Source: Candidatus Limnocylindrales bacterium (GTDB lineage: Bacteria > Chloroflexota > Limnocylindria > Limnocylindrales > CSP1-4). Taken from it: a DNA stretch of 64,000 nucleotides. The position numbers and the translations under genes are program-made. Below, piece after piece: positions 60,141 to 64,000 of this stretch; the stretch's first letter is position 1, and each line of letters opens with the position of its first letter. The notes beneath the pieces were generated by a model, which was not told where the DNA came from, made no database searches, and saw nothing but the letters and a program-made list of their open reading frames with translations. The stretch lies in the NCBI GenBank assembly GCA_051306295.1, contig JBPPMZ010000088.1:7728-71727 (forward strand), given 5' to 3'.

Positions 60141-60310
60141 GTCACCCGGTCTGACCAGGTCAGCCCCCGTGACCAGATTCGGACAGCTGAGCACGGCCCA
60201 TGCCCCCAGGTGACAGGAATCCGTCATCTGGGCACACCGCCACGAGGGATCTGTCCCAAACAGGTCACCCCGGCTGACCTGGTCAGGCCCGCTGACCTCG
60301 ACCGGGTCAG
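60141..60310. repeat. Cluster of CTGACC-N(1-7)-GGTCAG palindromes in a convergent intergenic region
   Basis: Unit A: GTCACCCGGTCTGACCAGGTCAGCCC (60141-60166). Unit B: GTCACCCCGGCTGACCTGGTCAGGCCC (60264-60290). A third CTGACC TCGACCG GGTCAG lies at 60292-60310. Confidence 0.6.
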
Positions 60311-60346
60311 GCAGTAGGGACCGCGTGCTTGCCGCCCGAGGCGCGG

Positions 60347-61450
60347 TCAGCGGCTGAATAGGATCTCGAGCACGTCGCCGTCCTTGACCTTGTAGGTCTT
60401 CCCCTCCGAGCGCAGCCGACCGGCCTTGCGCGCCTCGGCCATCGAGCCCAGGGTCAAGAGGTCCTCGTAAGCCACGGTCTCGGCCCGGATGAAGCCCCTC
60501 GCGAGGTCCGTGTGTATGGTCCCGGCCGCGTCCACCGCGGTGGAGCCGTCGACGATCGGCCAGGCGCGGACCTCGTCGGGACCGGCGGTCAGGAACGAGA
60601 CCAACCCCAGCAGTCGATAGGACAGGGTGATGACTCGGCCGAGGCTCGACTCGGAGATGCCCAGCTCGTCCATGAAGACCTGGGCCTCTTCCGGATCCAG
60701 TTCGCCGAGCTCCATCTCGATCTTGGCCGACAGGGCGTCGACCATGGCGTGCTGATGGCGATACTCGGCGACGATCCCCTCGACGAGCGCCGGGGCCGTG
60801 GCGAGATCTCCTTCCCCAACGTTGAGCAGCACGAGGACGGGCTTCTCGGTCAGGAATCGGAATCCGCGGATGGCCTTTGCCTCGTCATCGTCCAGACCCA
60901 GGTCGCGAATCGGGGTCCCGGCCTCCAGCGCCTCATGGATGCGGCGCAGGACGACCTCCTCGCGCTCATTGGCCTCGCGCTCCGCCTGCGTGCCGTGCCG
61001 GCCGCTGCCCTTGAGTCGCTCAAGACGCCGCTCGGTCATGGCCAGATCGGCCAGGATGAACTCCAGGTCGAGCTGCTCCAGGTCTCGGCCCGCGTCCACA
61101 CTGCCTGACGGGTGCGGATGCGCCGGATCCTCGAAGGCGCGCACGACATGCAGCAGGGCGTCCGAATCGCGCAGCCTGGCCAGGTGGTCGGCCGGCAGTT
61201 CCTCTGTCCCGACTCGCCCTTCCGAGGATGCCGGCGGGGCCGGCAGGTCGACATACGTGACGTCGGCCTGGACGAGCTTCTTTGGCTTGAAGATCTCGGC
61301 CAACCGGTCCAGGCGCGCGTCCGGCACCTTGACGACCCCGACATTGAGCGTGACCCCACCATACCCGCCGGTCTCGGCGTGGCCCCGGGTCAGGGTGTTG
61401 AAGACGGTGGTCTTGCCGCTCCCGGCAAGCCCGACGATGGCGATCTGCAT
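60347..61450 (-). CDS. ychF: YchF/OLA1-like ribosome-binding P-loop ATPase
   Basis: MQIAIVGLAGSGKTTVFNTLT is the G1 motif. VKVPDARLDRLAEIFKPKK follows. The C-terminal TGS-like region reads HTDLARGFIRAE...GKTYKVKDGDVLEILF. Confidence 0.75.
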   Translation of the reverse strand: MQIAIVGLAGSGKTTVFNTLTRGHAETGGYGGVTLNVGVVKVPDARLDRLAEIFKPKKLVQADVTYVDLPAPPASSEGRVGTEELPADHLARLRDSDALLHVVRAFEDPAHPHPSGSVDAGRDLEQLDLEFILADLAMTERRLERLKGSGRHGTQAEREANEREEVVLRRIHEALEAGTPIRDLGLDDDEAKAIRGFRFLTEKPVLVLLNVGEGDLATAPALVEGIVAEYRHQHAMVDALSAKIEMELGELDPEEAQVFMDELGISESSLGRVITLSYRLLGLVSFLTAGPDEVRAWPIVDGSTAVDAAGTIHTDLARGFIRAETVAYEDLLTLGSMAEARKAGRLRSEGKTYKVKDGDVLEILFSR

Positions 61451-61492
61451 CGACCGATCGTAGCGGGGTGGCCGCTCGGGTGCCGCGGCGCC

Positions 61493-62533
61493 TCAGTACC
61501 CGGCGGTCGGGTCGACCACGTTGAGCAACGGTTCGCCGGCGGCGAAGCGGCGCAGGTTGTCGCAGAAGAGCTCCACGCTGCGATCCAGGACCCGGCCGCT
61601 GGACCAGGCCGTGTGCGGCGTGACGATGACGTTGTCGAGGTCGTAGAACGGTGATGTCGCGGGCAGCGGCTCGTCGCGGAACGTGTCCAGCACGGCCCCG
61701 CCGAGGGCGCCGTCCCGCAGCGCCCGCAGGAGCGCTCGTTCATCCACGAGCCGTCCGCGGGCGACGTTGATCAGCCACGCTCCGGACTTGACCTTGGCGA
61801 GCGTATCGTCGTTGATCATGTCCATCGTCTCGGGCGTGAGCGGCGCCGCGAGGACGATGAAGTCGGATTCGGCCAGCAGCTCGGGGAGCGTCTCAGGACC
61901 TCCGACACGGTCCAGCATCGCCTCACCGAGCGACCGGTCGTCGTCCGTGCCCGACAGCTCGGTCCCGGGGCGACGCCTGACCGCGACGACCCGACAGCCG
62001 AACCCCGTCGCGAGCGCCCCGACCGCCCGACCGATGGAGCCCAGGCCGACGATGCCGACGGTCACGTCACGCAGCTCGGCACCCTCAAGGGGCTGCCACG
62101 TCCGCTCGCGCTGGAGTTCCAGGAGCTGGGGCAGCCGCCGGCTCACGGCCAGGATCATCATCAGCACGTATTCCGCGATGGGCCGGCTGAACACGCCGCG
62201 CGCGTTGGTCACGACCAGCCCGCGTTCCAGGGCGGCCGGCGTGAGGGCCCGTTCCACGCCCGACGTCGCGGAGTGGACCCAGGCGAGGTGCGGAGCGCGG
62301 ACCAGCAGCCGGTCGAATGCCTCCGAGGACAGCCAGCCCCGGAGCATGACCTCGACATCGTCGAGCGGTCCATCGGCCAGACCCTCCACGGACACGGTGA
62401 CGAGCCGGGCCCCGGGAGCCGCTGCCCGGATCCGTTCCAGGTCGCGCGATCGATAGCGGGCCGACAGGATCGGGCTCAAGGCGATGGCCGTCGGGGCGCC
62501 GCCGGGACCGCGGCCGGGACCGGATCGCGTCAC
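61493..62533 (-). CDS. D-isomer-specific 2-hydroxyacid dehydrogenase family protein
   Basis: NAD-binding motif VGIVGLGSIGRAVG, then NVARG and TPHTAW. The GTG at 62533 overlaps the upstream stop (GTGA). An in-frame TTG at 62479 is an alternative start. Confidence 0.8.
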   Translation of the reverse strand: MTRSGPGRGPGGAPTAIALSPILSARYRSRDLERIRAAAPGARLVTVSVEGLADGPLDDVEVMLRGWLSSEAFDRLLVRAPHLAWVHSATSGVERALTPAALERGLVVTNARGVFSRPIAEYVLMMILAVSRRLPQLLELQRERTWQPLEGAELRDVTVGIVGLGSIGRAVGALATGFGCRVVAVRRRPGTELSGTDDDRSLGEAMLDRVGGPETLPELLAESDFIVLAAPLTPETMDMINDDTLAKVKSGAWLINVARGRLVDERALLRALRDGALGGAVLDTFRDEPLPATSPFYDLDNVIVTPHTAWSSGRVLDRSVELFCDNLRRFAAGEPLLNVVDPTAGY

Positions 62534-63756
62534 GGCACCGGCTCCGTGGCGCCGTCGCCGTCGAGCGCACGGGCGATCCAGCGCTCCGGCGCCTCGATCT
62601 CGCCGTCGCGCGGCAACGTCTCCGGCCCGTCCCACAGTCGCGTCAGCGCGGCCTGGCCGCGGGCGTCGGCGATCGCCCGGACGAAGGCCTCGCCCTTCTT
62701 GTACTGGTCCATCTTGAGATCCATGCCGGTCAGTCGAAGCATCGCCTTCTCGAACGGCGTCCGCGTGTTGCGGCGCTCGTGGAAGCGGGCGCTGATGCGC
62801 TCGACGTCGGGGACCAGGTCCTTGCCGACCTCGTCCATGACATAGTCGCTGAAGCCCTCGAGCAGGCTCATCACGGCCTGGGTCTCGCGGAACAGGCGAC
62901 GCTGCTCGTCGCCCATCAGGTGCTCCATCCAGTGCTCACCGCCGCGCTCGCCGCGCAGCGCTCGGCCCAGGCCGCGGACCGCCTCGCGGCCCATCCCGCG
63001 AACGTCGCCGCCGAACAGGCTGATCTGGCGCTCCAGGCGCGAGGCCAGGTACGGTCGGAGCCACGGGTGCGCCTCGAACTCGAAGGCGTGCGTCGTCTCG
63101 TGCAGCGCGATCCACGTCCGGAACGGTCCGAGCGGCAGGCCCAGCGACCGGGCCGTCTGGCGGATGTTCTCCTCCACGAAGAGCAGGCGACCGGGTGTCG
63201 CCTCGGCGGACAGGAGGGCTAGGTCGTACTGGCCGAGGACGCGCTGGCCCATGAAGCCCAGCAGGAACCCGAGCTGGCGGGTCGTGATCCAGCGATTGGC
63301 CAGGGCCATGGACGCCTTGGTCAGCCCACCGCCGACCGGCATGACCTGGTCCAGCAGGTCCGCCTCGAGGCGTCCGATGAGCGAGGCGAAGGCCGCCGTG
63401 TTGGCCTCCACCCAGCCAGCGCGATCGACGACGCCCGAGCGCTCGACGACGCCGGGCAGGTCTGTCCCGAGCGCGGCCGACAGGGCCGGGACGACGCGCT
63501 CCATGGCGGCCTGGTAGGCGGCCTCCGTCGCCCGCAACTCCGCGGCCGACAGCGAGCCCGGGGCGTGCGCCAGGCGGGCGACCGCGATGCGCTGCACCGA
63601 TGGCCAATCGACGAGCCCGGTTCGCGCCTGACGCTCCAGCCGTCGACCGATGACCGTCGCGGCGGCACCGACCGCCGAACCGATGAGGATGCCGGCCTGC
63701 CACGCCCGATCGTCGCGCCAGGCGCCGGTCGCGCGACGCCCGCGTCGCTCGCTCAT
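62530..63756 (-). CDS. DUF2342-type putative zinc metalloprotease (HExxH)
   Basis: ...VDWPSVQRIA...RQLGFLLGFMGQRVLGQYDL...TWIALHETTHAFEFEAHPWL carries the HETTH motif. The ATG at 63756 overlaps the upstream stop (ATGA at 63753-63756). Confidence 0.7.
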   Translation of the reverse strand: MSERRGRRATGAWRDDRAWQAGILIGSAVGAAATVIGRRLERQARTGLVDWPSVQRIAVARLAHAPGSLSAAELRATEAAYQAAMERVVPALSAALGTDLPGVVERSGVVDRAGWVEANTAAFASLIGRLEADLLDQVMPVGGGLTKASMALANRWITTRQLGFLLGFMGQRVLGQYDLALLSAEATPGRLLFVEENIRQTARSLGLPLGPFRTWIALHETTHAFEFEAHPWLRPYLASRLERQISLFGGDVRGMGREAVRGLGRALRGERGGEHWMEHLMGDEQRRLFRETQAVMSLLEGFSDYVMDEVGKDLVPDVERISARFHERRNTRTPFEKAMLRLTGMDLKMDQYKKGEAFVRAIADARGQAALTRLWDGPETLPRDGEIEAPERWIARALDGDGATEPVP

Positions 63757-64000
63757 CGGACGAGGGCCCCGAGTTCGACCGACTCGACTTCGGGAGCGTC
63801 GGCCCCGAACAGGCGCACGGCCAACTCGTGGAATCGCGCCGCATCACCGGTGGTGAGCTGGCGATGCGTTGCCGGGACCGCGACCTCGTCGAGGCGCTCG
63901 TGGCCGGCGAGACCGGCATCGGCAGCCGTGCCGCGGGTCGTGCCCGGTGCTTCCAGGCCGTTGACGACCAGCAGCTCGGCCAGGGCGGACGCCGTGGCCG
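63753..64000 (-). CDS. 3' end of an unidentified gene (5' part lies outside the window)
   Basis: My translation of the reverse strand: ...ATASALAELLVVNGLEAPGTTRGTAADAGLAGHERLDEVAVPATHRQLTTGDAARFHELAVRLFGADAPEVESVELGALVR, then stop. It is open to the window edge and coupled by ATGA to the next gene. No function could be assigned. Confidence 0.4.
   Translation of the reverse strand, partial: ATASALAELLVVNGLEAPGTTRGTAADAGLAGHERLDEVAVPATHRQLTTGDAARFHELAVRLFGADAPEVESVELGALVR

Noticed and set aside
60141-60310. Whether the repeated palindromes could be a small CRISPR array
   Set aside because: There are only three imperfect units with unequal spacing (about 97 nt and 1 nt). The units are palindromic half-sites rather than 25-40-nt direct repeats, and there are no cas genes.
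1-64000. Search for rRNA genes, further tRNAs, riboswitch-like leaders, integrases next to the tRNA, and intact prophage or defence islands
   Set aside because: Only one tRNA was found and no integrase flanks it. The longer intergenic regions I read showed hairpins and operators, but nothing I could match to a known riboswitch. These regions were 26013-26140, 27070-27301, 31922-32182, 34174-34305, 39291-39500, 54202-54369 and 60061-60346. A covariance-model scan (Rfam) would be needed to exclude them rigorously.

Overview
This is a very GC-rich stretch of bacterial chromosome. A hand count gives about 72% G+C at 10021-10060. It is densely coding and looks like an Actinomycetota- or Chloroflexota-type genome.

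Most of the window is core housekeeping:
- hisS (partial), rel, topA, xerC, dprA, comM, tyrA, ppa, ftsH, one tRNA-Met(CAU) and ychF.
- A peptidoglycan block: murJ, two tandem FemAB-family genes, murE and a secreted M14 carboxypeptidase.
- Two SPFH/NfeD membrane-scaffold pairs.
- An MrfA/MrfB-like (YprA/YprB) helicase-exonuclease pair preceded by a perfect LexA (Cheo) box.
- A myo-inositol catabolic locus: iolB, a transaldolase-fold gene, iolD, iolE, iolG, a sugar ABC transporter, a LacI regulator and a PfkB kinase. Its divergent control region holds a recognisable promoter and a palindromic operator.

Genes are very often joined by 4-nt ATGA/GTGA stop-start overlaps. I verified 16 such junctions by reading the sequence.

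Accessory or unusual content is concentrated in four places:
- 1.1-1.8 kb: a VapBC toxin-antitoxin cassette between rel and hisS.
- 32.1-34.2 kb: a decayed lower-GC patch. It holds an IS481 transposase N-terminus fused in frame to the C-terminus of an S1 serine protease. It also holds a tiny lipobox ORF with a hairpin, and an orphan DnaB-C-terminal-domain-only ATPase.
- 35.7-37.0 kb: an IS110-family element with a frameshifted DEDD transposase. A TTGACA box sits at its 3' tip. About 200 nt of 5' non-coding leader is a candidate bridge/guide RNA, and it contains an 11-nt split match to the element's right junction.
- 60.1-60.3 kb: a cluster of CTGACC/GGTCAG palindromes in a convergent intergenic region.

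No CRISPR array, rRNA or intact prophage was seen. I did not find a clear-cut multi-gene novel system. The strongest candidates for follow-up are the IS110 guide-RNA region, the DnaB-C-only ATPase island, the SOS-boxed mrfAB pair, and the transaldolase embedded in the iol locus.

All functional calls come from reading the supplied translations for family-diagnostic motifs. No database search was possible.
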